64,000 bases of DNA from Candidatus Nomurabacteria bacterium. GTDB lineage: Bacteria; Patescibacteriota; Dojkabacteria; SC72; JAHDCA01. The notes under the pieces are model-generated. The model searched no databases. It saw only the letters and a list, made by a program, of their open reading frames with translations, and was not told where the DNA came from. Positions 18,703 to 27,383 of this stretch are shown here, in pieces. Position 1 is the first letter of the stretch, and the number at the start of each line of letters is the position of its first letter. The stretch lies in NCBI GenBank assembly GCA_020632375.1, contig JACKFR010000001.1, positions 21,106-85,105 of the forward strand. Direction: 5' to 3'. Position numbers and translations under genes: made by a program.

Positions 18703-21700
18703 ATGAAATCTTTCCTAACAGGCTTATTTGATTCAAATGATAAACAGCTCAAAAAGATCCAGCCGATTATCGATCAGATAAACGATCTTGAAGATGAGTA
18801 TAGAGACCTTAAAGACTCTGAACTTAAAGAAAAAACGCTTCAGTTCAAAGAAACTCTTGGAAGTACAGAGAATACTACTCGTATCCTTGATGAATTCGAT
18901 GCTAGTAGGCAGAAACGAGATTTATTTCAACTCCTTCCTGAAGCATTTGCTCTTGTCCGAGAATCAGCGAGAAGATATACAAACCATCGCCATTTTAATG
19001 TCCAGCTTCAGGCTGGATATTTTCTTGCTGATAATAAGATTACGGAGCTATTCACTGGAGAAGGAAAAACAAACGCGGCTACATTGGCATTGTATCTTTA
19101 TGCACTTACTGGAAGAGGCGCTCATTTAGTTACTGTTAACGATTATTTGGCTAGACGAGATGGTGAATGGAATGGTCATGTCCTTGCGCCGCTCGGAATC
19201 ACTGTCGGCGTCATTAATAATAATTCTCAGTATAAATATGTTTCTGATGAAGAAGTCATTGCTCTAAAAGGAGCTGAGGCAAAAGATGAGATAGACGAGC
19301 GAAAAGCCGCTGCTAAAAAGGCAGGAAGACTGAAGCTTGATCTGATGAGCGGTACAAATCTTGTAGAATGTAGTAAAAAAGAAGTATATGAATGCGATGT
19401 TGTTTATGGAACAAATAACGAGTTCGGCTTTGACTATTTGAGAGACAATATGGCTCGGAGGATAGAAGATCGTGTTCAAAGCAGATTGCATTATGCGATT
19501 ATCGATGAGGCCGACTCTATATTGATAGATGAAGCAAGAACACCTCTTATAATTTCTCAAAGTGCAGAAGACTCGAATGACATGTATTCAAAATTCGCTC
19601 AAGTCGTCCGATCCCTCAATCCGGAAGAACATTATACGGTAGATGAAAAAGAGCAATCAGTCTCTATCTCAGACAAGGGTATCGATTTGGTGGAGAAGAA
19701 ACTTGGTGTCAAAAATATCTATGAAGACGCAGAGCTTGCATATCATCTTGATAATGCCTTGAAAGCTAAGGAGCTTTACAGCCTTGATGATCAGTATATT
19801 GTAAGAAACGGTGAAATAATAATTGTAGACGAGTTTACTGGGCGTGCTATGGAAGGAAGAAGGTATTCTGAAGGCCTTCATCAAGCAATCGAGGCTAAAG
19901 AAGGGGTTGAGGTTAAGCAAGAATCTAAAACACTGGCCACTATTACCCTTCAGAATTACTTCAGACTTTACGACTATCTCGCAGGCATGACAGCTACTGC
20001 TCTTACTGAAGCTGAAGAGTTCAGCAATATCTATAAGCTTGATGTTGTAGTCGTACCTACAAATAAACCTGTAATCAGGACTGACGAGAATGATGTAGTC
20101 TACCGTTCTGAGACAGGCAAATTTAGAGCAATAATTGAAGATATTAAAGACTCCAACGACAAAGGGCAGCCTGTTCTTGTGGGAACCGCTTCTGTAGAAA
20201 AATCTGAAGTTCTCTCACAGATGCTTGAAAGAGAAGGAATAAAACACAATGTATTAAATGCAAAACAACATGAACGTGAAGCACATATTATCCAGGATGC
20301 TGGATTAAAGGGACAGGTTACGATCGCAACCAATATGGCTGGACGAGGAACCGACATTGCCCTTGGTGAGGGTGTTGTTGAGCAGGGAGGCTTATACGTT
20401 ATTGGTTCAGAGAGGCACGAGTCGAGGCGCATCGACAACCAGCTTAGAGGTCGGTCTGGTAGGCAAGGTGACCCTGGAAGATCAAGATTTTATGTCTCAT
20501 TTGAAGATGATTTAATGAAGCGATTTGGAGGAGATCGGTCGCAAGCAATATTGGAAAGAGTAGGAATGGAAGATGATATGCCGATCTCAATTGGTGTTTT
20601 GGGAAAAATTATTGAGAACGCACAAAAGAAGGTAGAAGCATACAACTTTGATATTCGTAAGCGACTTGTTGAATATGATGACGTTCTTAATCAGCAAAGA
20701 GAAATTATTTACGGACTCCGAAGAGATATTTTGCAGATTATCTCAGAAAATAGCGATGTTTCTTCTGAAGAAGGTCTTCTTGATGTTTCAGAAAGAGGAT
20801 TAAAAAAGATAGATCCAATCGTTTTATTAGAAGGTTTAGACAGGTTTTCATTAAAGTCACGAGACAGCTGGAAGATTTCTGGTTTTGGGCCATTTGATTC
20901 TATCAATTTACCACTGAACAACTGGATTCTGAAAAGAATCACGGCCGAAGTTCGACGAATAATTGCTGCACAGCTATCTGATGATATGGAGATTAGTAAT
21001 CTTGAAGAAAGAAAAGTTTTCTCTCAAATTAACTCTCTGCTCACTGAAGATCTATTTGAATCATCTGTTTTAACACTCGGGTACAAATCTGTCATTGACT
21101 TCTACCGTAATTTTGACGACCTTTCAACTCCGGCTGAAAAAGAAATGCTTCTTATGCAATCAATCATAAGTGCATATGTTTTACACTTGAACGAAATCAC
21201 TCCGAGAGGCATGGTCGAGCTTTCTAGAGCTTTAATTTTACAAGCCATTGACCAATATTGGATGGAGCATCTCGATGCAATGGGAAACCTTAGAGAGGGT
21301 ATCGGAATGAGAAGCCTTGCTCAAAAAGATCCGCTGGTCGAGTATAAAAATGAGGGATATCATCTTTTTGAGCGAATGTTGTCGCAAATCGATGAAGCTG
21401 TAACGAGCCGCTTCTTTAAAGTTAAAGTTGTAAGAAGAGAAGAAGCACCTCTCCAAGAAGCGCAAACTACTCATCAAGAAATTTCCAGCTTTGAGCCTGA
21501 ACAGTCGCAAGCACCGCTTACAAATATGGATCCTAGACCAGGTGGAACTGTTAATAGAGAACCGGTTGTCCGCCGTGAAGCAAAAATTGGTCGGAATGAT
21601 CCTTGTCCGTGTGGAAGCGGTTATAAGTATAAAAAGTGTCATTTAGATAAAGACCCTCAAACCACTGAGGAAAAAGCAGCCTTCAAGCTATACGCTGAAG

Positions 21701-21735
21701 ATTTCAAGGCGTGGCAGAAAAAATATCTTAAATAG
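18703..21735 (+). CDS. secA: Preprotein translocase ATPase SecA
   Basis: Walker A (TGEGKTNAA), DEAD-like IIDEADSILIDEARTPLIIS, TNMAGRGTDI, LRGRSGRQGDPG, and the C-terminal zinc site CPCGSGYKYKKCH. Confidence 0.95.
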   Translation: MKSFLTGLFDSNDKQLKKIQPIIDQINDLEDEYRDLKDSELKEKTLQFKETLGSTENTTRILDEFDASRQKRDLFQLLPEAFALVRESARRYTNHRHFNVQLQAGYFLADNKITELFTGEGKTNAATLALYLYALTGRGAHLVTVNDYLARRDGEWNGHVLAPLGITVGVINNNSQYKYVSDEEVIALKGAEAKDEIDERKAAAKKAGRLKLDLMSGTNLVECSKKEVYECDVVYGTNNEFGFDYLRDNMARRIEDRVQSRLHYAIIDEADSILIDEARTPLIISQSAEDSNDMYSKFAQVVRSLNPEEHYTVDEKEQSVSISDKGIDLVEKKLGVKNIYEDAELAYHLDNALKAKELYSLDDQYIVRNGEIIIVDEFTGRAMEGRRYSEGLHQAIEAKEGVEVKQESKTLATITLQNYFRLYDYLAGMTATALTEAEEFSNIYKLDVVVVPTNKPVIRTDENDVVYRSETGKFRAIIEDIKDSNDKGQPVLVGTASVEKSEVLSQMLEREGIKHNVLNAKQHEREAHIIQDAGLKGQVTIATNMAGRGTDIALGEGVVEQGGLYVIGSERHESRRIDNQLRGRSGRQGDPGRSRFYVSFEDDLMKRFGGDRSQAILERVGMEDDMPISIGVLGKIIENAQKKVEAYNFDIRKRLVEYDDVLNQQREIIYGLRRDILQIISENSDVSSEEGLLDVSERGLKKIDPIVLLEGLDRFSLKSRDSWKISGFGPFDSINLPLNNWILKRITAEVRRIIAAQLSDDMEISNLEERKVFSQINSLLTEDLFESSVLTLGYKSVIDFYRNFDDLSTPAEKEMLLMQSIISAYVLHLNEITPRGMVELSRALILQAIDQYWMEHLDAMGNLREGIGMRSLAQKDPLVEYKNEGYHLFERMLSQIDEAVTSRFFKVKVVRREEAPLQEAQTTHQEISSFEPEQSQAPLTNMDPRPGGTVNREPVVRREAKIGRNDPCPCGSGYKYKKCHLDKDPQTTEEKAAFKLYAEDFKAWQKKYLK

Positions 21736-21831
21736 GAGCTCTTTCGGACTCTTCTTCCTATGGGGTTTATTGACATAACTATATGCCTATATTATTCTGA
21801 ACTACTTAATCATCTAATCTCTTTGTTTTTT

Positions 21832-22374
21832 ATGACTGCCCCAAAAGCAAAGAAAACTGAAGAAAACGAAAAGGGAGTTCAACTCATCGTTTTTTCGCCA
21901 ATTAACTCAGACTTGGAAGATGAAGACAGTTTCATATATATGGTATGCCCATCTTCATTAAAAGTTGTTGAAGTTGTTGAGAAGACTGGAGATGATGCTG
22001 AAGAGTATCTTGCTTTGTTAAATAAAAAGAAAGTGAGATCTTCAGTTTCTCCAAAAACATTCATTGAAGAGTTGGGTAATACTCCAGAGGTTGAATCAGG
22101 GCTTTTAGAAAACAATAGTTCACCAAGTTTAGATGAAGAGCTTTCTGAGAATGTTGCTTCATTGGAAGATGAAGTCGACGAGGACATCATTACATATGCA
22201 AGTGAAGCTTTAACTGATATTTTCCCAGATGACAGTGGGAGTGATGATCACCAGTCTGATGTGTCAGATGTAGATATGGCCGAAGCTTTAGCACTCCTGG
22301 ATGCTGACTCTGATGCGGACTTCCCCGATCTAAATGACTTCAAAGACGACGACGATAATCTCCCTGAACTATAG
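21832..22374 (+). CDS. Highly acidic, low-complexity hypothetical protein
   Basis: I preferred the ATG at 21832 over the ORF-track start at 21760. The C-terminal half is dominated by D/E/S (for example DSGSDDHQSDVSDVD and DFKDDDDNLPEL). Confidence 0.4.
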   Translation: MTAPKAKKTEENEKGVQLIVFSPINSDLEDEDSFIYMVCPSSLKVVEVVEKTGDDAEEYLALLNKKKVRSSVSPKTFIEELGNTPEVESGLLENNSSPSLDEELSENVASLEDEVDEDIITYASEALTDIFPDDSGSDDHQSDVSDVDMAEALALLDADSDADFPDLNDFKDDDDNLPEL

Positions 22375-22410
22375 ATAGTTTTTGACTACTCTGCGTGCTA
22401 AACTCTCTTC

Positions 22411-23547
22411 ATGAACGATACTTCTATTTTTAAGTATAAGGTCGGAATTATTACAGACTGGTTGGTTTCGCCCGGCGGCGCAGATAGATTTCTACTTTCG
22501 TTGCTAAAAGTCTTTCCCAAGGCAGATGTTTATACTGCCGTTTATAACAAAGAGGCGTACCAAGGTGAGTTTAATATCCCCGTAAACGTTAAAACGACTT
22601 TTATCCAAAAGCTTCCTTTTAAAAAGACTCTCTCACGTCATTATAATTTATTGACTCCAGTAGCTTTTGAAAATCTCGATCTGAGACAGTACGATTTAGT
22701 TATTAGTATTTCTGCCGGACCTGCAAAAGGAGTTATTACAGGACTTCATCAGAAGCATATAGCAATGATTCTCACACCTCCAAGGTATCTTTGGGATAAT
22801 GAGCAAAATTTCAGAAGTAGTCGATTTAGAAAATTATATTCTTTTGTCTCACCATTTATGTCCGGCTATCTTCGGATATGGGATCTTTCAGCAGTAAAGA
22901 GAGCGGATTCTTTAATTTCAATCTCATCTTTTATTCAGAGAAAAGTTAAAAAAATATATAGTGAAGAGTCTGAAGTCATATACCCAGGATTAGCAGATGA
23001 TTGGTTTGACCCTGTGCAAAATATTGATTCTAAAAATCTGCAGATCTTTCCGAAGTATTTTCTCATTGTTTCAAGATTGTACGATTATAAGCGGATTGAT
23101 TGGGCGATTAGAGCTGCAGTTGAAACCGGAGTAAATCTGGTAATAGTTGGGGAAGGGCCAGATAGGAAATATCTGGAAAAGCTTGCTGATGACCGGCGAA
23201 ATATCAGGTTTCTTGGTTGGATTCCTAAAGATACTTTAAAATTCGTTTATTCACATGCAGAGGCACTGCTTTTCTGTGGGATTGAAGATTTTGGGTATGT
23301 ACCTGTTGAAGCGATGTCGCAAGGCACTCCAGTTATTGCTTTTAATCAAGGGGGCGTTTGTGAGACAGTTGCCGAAGGAAAGAGTGGTGAGTTTTTCGAT
23401 TCTTATGAAAGTCTTGTTTCTTCAATGACGTTATTTCGAAAAGATAGATATGATAAAGAAGCTATTGTAGATCGTGCGCGTCTTTTTTCTGAATCAAAGT
23501 TTCGTAAAAGATTTATTAAATTTATTCAAAATGAACTTGCAAAATAA
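22411..23547 (+). CDS. GT4 family glycosyltransferase
   Basis: GT-B C-terminal signature: EDFGYVPVEAMSQGTPVIAFNQGGVCETVAEGKSGEF. Confidence 0.8.
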   Translation: MNDTSIFKYKVGIITDWLVSPGGADRFLLSLLKVFPKADVYTAVYNKEAYQGEFNIPVNVKTTFIQKLPFKKTLSRHYNLLTPVAFENLDLRQYDLVISISAGPAKGVITGLHQKHIAMILTPPRYLWDNEQNFRSSRFRKLYSFVSPFMSGYLRIWDLSAVKRADSLISISSFIQRKVKKIYSEESEVIYPGLADDWFDPVQNIDSKNLQIFPKYFLIVSRLYDYKRIDWAIRAAVETGVNLVIVGEGPDRKYLEKLADDRRNIRFLGWIPKDTLKFVYSHAEALLFCGIEDFGYVPVEAMSQGTPVIAFNQGGVCETVAEGKSGEFFDSYESLVSSMTLFRKDRYDKEAIVDRARLFSESKFRKRFIKFIQNELAK

Positions 23548-24664
23548 AAGTAATCAAAAACTAGCTTTGGTTATACACTCACTCAGAACTTACGGTGGGG
23601 CAGAATATATTTTAAAAGTAATTTCAGATCTATACCCTGATGCACCTATATACACTTCATGGTACAAAAAAGAAATCACAGATAAATATTTTGAAGGTAG
23701 GCATATAAATGGGTCGTTTATGAATAGCCTTCCATTCATTGATAAGTTTTACCGTTTTCTTATACCTCTCTTACCAATTGCATTCAAATCGATTGACCTA
23801 TCGGAATTTGATAAAGTCTTGGTTATAAGCGATGAATTCGACAAAATGGTAAAAGTAGGTGCAAAAACGAAGAAAATATTATATGTTCTTACTCCGCCGA
23901 GATTCCTTTGGTTAAATATAACGAAGAAATCACTCGGATTTCTGGAAACGCTTTATCGCAAGTTTTTAAAAGACATCTTTAACTGGGTTTGGCGATATTT
24001 TGATAAAAAATCTGCAATGCAAGCCGATCAGATTATAAGCATTTCAAAAACCGTACAAGAAAGAGTACGCAGCTTTTACGGTTTAGATTCTGATATCATG
24101 TATCCTCCAGTTGATGTCGAGCAGATTCCATTTTATTCAGGTAAAAGGCCTGATGAATTCCTCTATTTAGGTCGTATCGAAGGATACAAAGGAGTCGAGT
24201 TGGCAATAAGAGCTTGTATTACCTATGGCAAGAAGCTCAGAGTAGCGGGTATCGGAAGCGATTTAGAAAGGTTGACAAAACTTGTCAAAGAAATGGGAGC
24301 CGAGAACTTAATCACGTTTGAAGGATTTGTATTTGGCTTGCCAAAATTCAAAATGTATTCACAGGTTCAAGGTGTTATTTTTCCTGTTATAGAAGAAGAC
24401 TTCGGGATTGTCCCTGTAGAAGCAAATGCCGCTGGTTGTCCTGTAATTGCATACAGAAGTGGTGGGGTACGAGAGACTATTATAGAAGGGGAAACTGGTG
24501 TATTTTTTGACGAATATTCTGAAGATGGATTAGGTGAAGTCTTAATGAATTTCGACTCTGTAAAGTTTTCGGCAGAAAAGTGTAGAAAAAACGCCGAAAG
24601 ATTTTCCCGAAAAGTTTTTGAAGATAAAATCCGAGATTTAATTGATGGCACTAGCAAAAGATAG
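23531..24664 (+). CDS. GT4 family glycosyltransferase (paralogue of the preceding gene)
   Basis: The ATG at 23531 overlaps the upstream stop by 17 nt. Signature EEDFGIVPVEANAAGCPVIAYRSGGVRETIIEGETGVFF. The architecture matches 22411..23547. Confidence 0.8.
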   Translation: MNLQNKSNQKLALVIHSLRTYGGAEYILKVISDLYPDAPIYTSWYKKEITDKYFEGRHINGSFMNSLPFIDKFYRFLIPLLPIAFKSIDLSEFDKVLVISDEFDKMVKVGAKTKKILYVLTPPRFLWLNITKKSLGFLETLYRKFLKDIFNWVWRYFDKKSAMQADQIISISKTVQERVRSFYGLDSDIMYPPVDVEQIPFYSGKRPDEFLYLGRIEGYKGVELAIRACITYGKKLRVAGIGSDLERLTKLVKEMGAENLITFEGFVFGLPKFKMYSQVQGVIFPVIEEDFGIVPVEANAAGCPVIAYRSGGVRETIIEGETGVFFDEYSEDGLGEVLMNFDSVKFSAEKCRKNAERFSRKVFEDKIRDLIDGTSKR

Positions 24665-25271
24665 AATTGTTATCTTGAAGTCTATAAATTTTTCTGAAGC
24701 AGACAAGATTCTGACTGTTTTTGGTCAGAATAGAGGGCGATTCACGCTTTTATGTAAGGGTATTCGTAAAATTGAGAGCAAGAATCGCGGTAATATGCAG
24801 ACTCTTTCAATAAGCGATATTACCTTCTACGAGGGAAAAAATATGTCTATATTGCGGGAGTCATCACTTGTTAACGGTGCAGAGTACGAGAAGGATAATT
24901 ACTCTGAAATTAAAGGACTGCTCTATTTGTTGAATAAAGTACTGGTTGAAGACCAGCCTGAGCCCCGAGTATTCTCTTTTTTAGAAGAGCTCTTTGAAAA
25001 AGGCTTCAGCACGAAGAATGTTAATAAATTTCGTGTGAGATGCTTACAAGAGATTGGGTTCCTACCCGATCTGAAGAGATGTTCTGTTTGTGGGCATACC
25101 AATGGTTTAGACTATTTTGAAACTAAGACTTTCTGCATGATATGCAGTAATTGTTTTCAGAAAGAGAGTTTGAGGACTAATAAATCGGTTGTTCCTCTGA
25201 GGAAAGTGAAATATTCGAACAAGATAATGTCTGATGCTATAGATAACTTCATTAAGTCAGTAATCGAATAG
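24645..25271 (+). CDS. recO: DNA repair protein RecO
   Basis: An OB-fold N-terminus (IVILKSINFSEADKILTVFGQNRGRFTLLCKGIRK) and a zinc motif (CSVCGH...CSNC). Confidence 0.8.
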   Translation: MALAKDRIVILKSINFSEADKILTVFGQNRGRFTLLCKGIRKIESKNRGNMQTLSISDITFYEGKNMSILRESSLVNGAEYEKDNYSEIKGLLYLLNKVLVEDQPEPRVFSFLEELFEKGFSTKNVNKFRVRCLQEIGFLPDLKRCSVCGHTNGLDYFETKTFCMICSNCFQKESLRTNKSVVPLRKVKYSNKIMSDAIDNFIKSVIE

Positions 25272-25326
25272 CAATGCTGAAAATTTCGGGGTTTTCTGTT
25301 AAAATCCAGCTGTTCATGTGAATCAT

Positions 25327-25399
25327 GGGCGTGTAGCTCAACTGGCAGAGCAAGCGGCTCTTAACCGCTAGGTTCAGGGTTCGATTCCCTGCACGCTCA
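25327..25399 (+). tRNA. tRNA-Lys (anticodon CUU), CCA not encoded
   Basis: A hand-folded cloverleaf: acceptor GGGCGTG/CACGCTC, anticodon stem AGCGG/CCGCT with loop CTCTTAA, and a T-arm with GGTTCGATTCC. Confidence 0.9.
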
Positions 25400-25407
25400 T
25401 ATTTGCC

Positions 25408-26298
25408 TTATAGATCTTGCAGTACTGTGAAATTGCTTGCAAGTGCATCTAACTCTCTAGAGTCTAATATTCCGGTTGCATCATGAATACCCACAACCCT
25501 TGCAATTCTCTGTACAGAAGCGTCCTCGATGACTCTAAAGGGGTCTTTACGATGATATGGGATTGATGGATTTATAAAATTGGGTATCAAATACTTAGTA
25601 AAGAATTCCTGGAGAAACAATCGAGGTTGATCACTTAAATACCTGACTAACGCATCAGCTTGATCACGTGTGGATAGAACTATCTGAATTGCGATATCAT
25701 TTAATCTGTCCATCGAATCGGATGCGCAATTGCCAAAGCAGTTGACAATTATATGGGATCCTAGCTTGGTCAGTAAAACAGTCAAGCCGTGTTGAAGCTC
25801 AGGGTTAACTACATCGTAAATGAAGTTAGCATACCAGTATTGTGGGTTCCCCTTTAATTTGGTGAATGCATCGTATGCTTTAAGCATCTGGACAAATAAT
25901 CTATTATTAAAATTTTCTGCTTCGCCAGAAGGTGTCCTCTGTATGCTAAATGGTATTCCGGTGGTAACTCTTTGCGCAACATATGCCTGCTCTTGAAAAA
26001 CTTGTATACTTGCACCAAGGCAGATATCATATATATGTTTAGCTGCCTCATCGGGGGATTGAGCCTCTCTTTGTTGAGTTGTTTCATTCTGCGGCGAGGG
26101 GACGACTGTTGACTGAGGCGGGTTTCCAATTATCCCTTGGTCACTAGTTGCTCTTAATACTTCAATCACTGTTGTTAGAAGGTCACTGTCAATAATAATA
26201 TGCCCGTCTGGAGATTGGCGATACTGCATTTCTAAGAGGCTCGCTAATTCGTTCGGTGTATAATTTGTATAAGCCTCAGTTGGTGTCGGGTCGGTCAT
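25408..26298 (-). CDS. Orphan protein E (296 aa), no recognisable family
   Basis: A long ORF whose stop lies 9 nt from the tRNA-Lys 3' end. Its A/P/Q/T-rich composition differs from the K/I/N-rich flanking genes. Confidence 0.6.
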   Translation of the reverse strand: MTDPTPTEAYTNYTPNELASLLEMQYRQSPDGHIIIDSDLLTTVIEVLRATSDQGIIGNPPQSTVVPSPQNETTQQREAQSPDEAAKHIYDICLGASIQVFQEQAYVAQRVTTGIPFSIQRTPSGEAENFNNRLFVQMLKAYDAFTKLKGNPQYWYANFIYDVVNPELQHGLTVLLTKLGSHIIVNCFGNCASDSMDRLNDIAIQIVLSTRDQADALVRYLSDQPRLFLQEFFTKYLIPNFINPSIPYHRKDPFRVIEDASVQRIARVVGIHDATGILDSRELDALASNFTVLQDL

Positions 26299-26326
26299 GT
26301 AATTATAGTGTGAATTAGTCTCTTAG

Positions 26327-26338
26327 ATTATAGCAAAA
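26327..26338 (-). promoter_or_regulatory. Extended -10 promoter (TTTTGCTATAAT) for orphan E
   Basis: The reverse complement reads TTTTGcTATAAT, 28 nt upstream of the ATG at 26298. The same TTTGCTATA core recurs upstream of orphan A. Confidence 0.35.
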
Positions 26339-26472
26339 TTAATGAAAAGGAGGGATTCTTATTAATCAAGAATAATGATAAAAGTGGCTTCCTATTGAGG
26401 TCGTTCTTATATGGTAACACTCTGTACATCATCCCTGTCTCACAGTCCTAACAGTTACTGTATAAGACCTCT

Positions 26473-26694
26473 ATGCAAAAATGGACACAGGGTCCTGCAC
26501 AACAAATTCTCCCAGGATTAAAGCATCTTCTCCCCGAGAATGAGGTTTATGAGCTTGAAGATGGTGACGAAGTAGCACTTACGTCACATATCCTGATACA
26601 AGCCCCTCATCTGAATAGCTACCGAAAAGCGGAGATAAATTCGGTTTCGAAAACACTTTTGGGCCACAATCTTGGAAAGCGAAACTTCGCCTGA
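26473..26694 (+). CDS. Orphan ORF C (73 aa), possibly the 5' part of a frameshifted gene
   Basis: The ATG follows 6 nt after a TGTATAAG -10-like element. The frame of ORF D is already open from 26619, so the two ORFs overlap in alternative frames. Confidence 0.35.
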   Translation: MQKWTQGPAQQILPGLKHLLPENEVYELEDGDEVALTSHILIQAPHLNSYRKAEINSVSKTLLGHNLGKRNFA

Positions 26695-26774
26695 AGCTAC
26701 TGGACGGCTTCAAGATAGGTGATCTGTCTCTTACAGCTGATTGGAAGCCTGCAGAAAGCTTAACTCTAGCCGGT

Positions 26775-27182
26775 ATGCCAATCTTTTTAGAACTTGCTCG
26801 CCTGCCTGAGCCAGACCGAGGTTTTATTGGTCTAATGGAAGAAGCTAGGTTGAGCGGGGGTGGTATTGTTGTGTATCTTGATCCACAGGATAATTTGAGA
26901 CCCGGAGAGGATTCAGACTTAGGCTATCATTACGCACTATTGGGATTGGATCCAGGTATGGATTTAGATACAAATTCTCGGATTGGGATGGCAGGTTTGA
27001 CCCTCCCACTTCCGATGTTTGCAGAGAGGTTAGGATATGTTGGCTTTCGACCCTATACTACTCGAGACGAGATCATTCGGGGTAGCTTTGAGACCCGAAT
27101 TCAAATAAACTTTCAACAAATGATGCGATTTTTGTACGATATTTTTGATGGGAGAGTGAAATATGGCTTAAGACTTAATTGA
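26775..27182 (+). CDS. Orphan ORF D (135 aa), possibly the 3' part of a frameshifted gene
   Basis: The reading frame is open from 26619, with no ATG/GTG/TTG before 26775. I recognised no family. Confidence 0.45.
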   Translation: MPIFLELARLPEPDRGFIGLMEEARLSGGGIVVYLDPQDNLRPGEDSDLGYHYALLGLDPGMDLDTNSRIGMAGLTLPLPMFAERLGYVGFRPYTTRDEIIRGSFETRIQINFQQMMRFLYDIFDGRVKYGLRLN

Positions 27183-27240
27183 GATCGCCTTTTTCATGAA
27201 CATAGAGCTCACTTGCCGCCTGATGAAGAGCGTCTTCAGG

Positions 27241-27276
27241 AACTGCTTTCGGGGCCGTTGGTCCCCGAAAGCAGTT
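27241..27276. terminator. Perfect 14-bp inverted repeat hairpin between convergent genes
   Basis: AACTGCTTTCGGGG - 8 nt - CCCCGAAAGCAGTT. It lies between the end of ORF D (27182) and the end of orphan B (27384). There is no clear U-tract on either side. Confidence 0.5.
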
Positions 27277-27383
27277 TCGATTGACTGGGGGGAAGTGGAT
27301 GTCACAGCAGCAATCGTGGCGAGGTGAAGTCAACGGGATTACCAATAAATGAGTACCTGTGGCCGATTCTTCATATTTACTAA

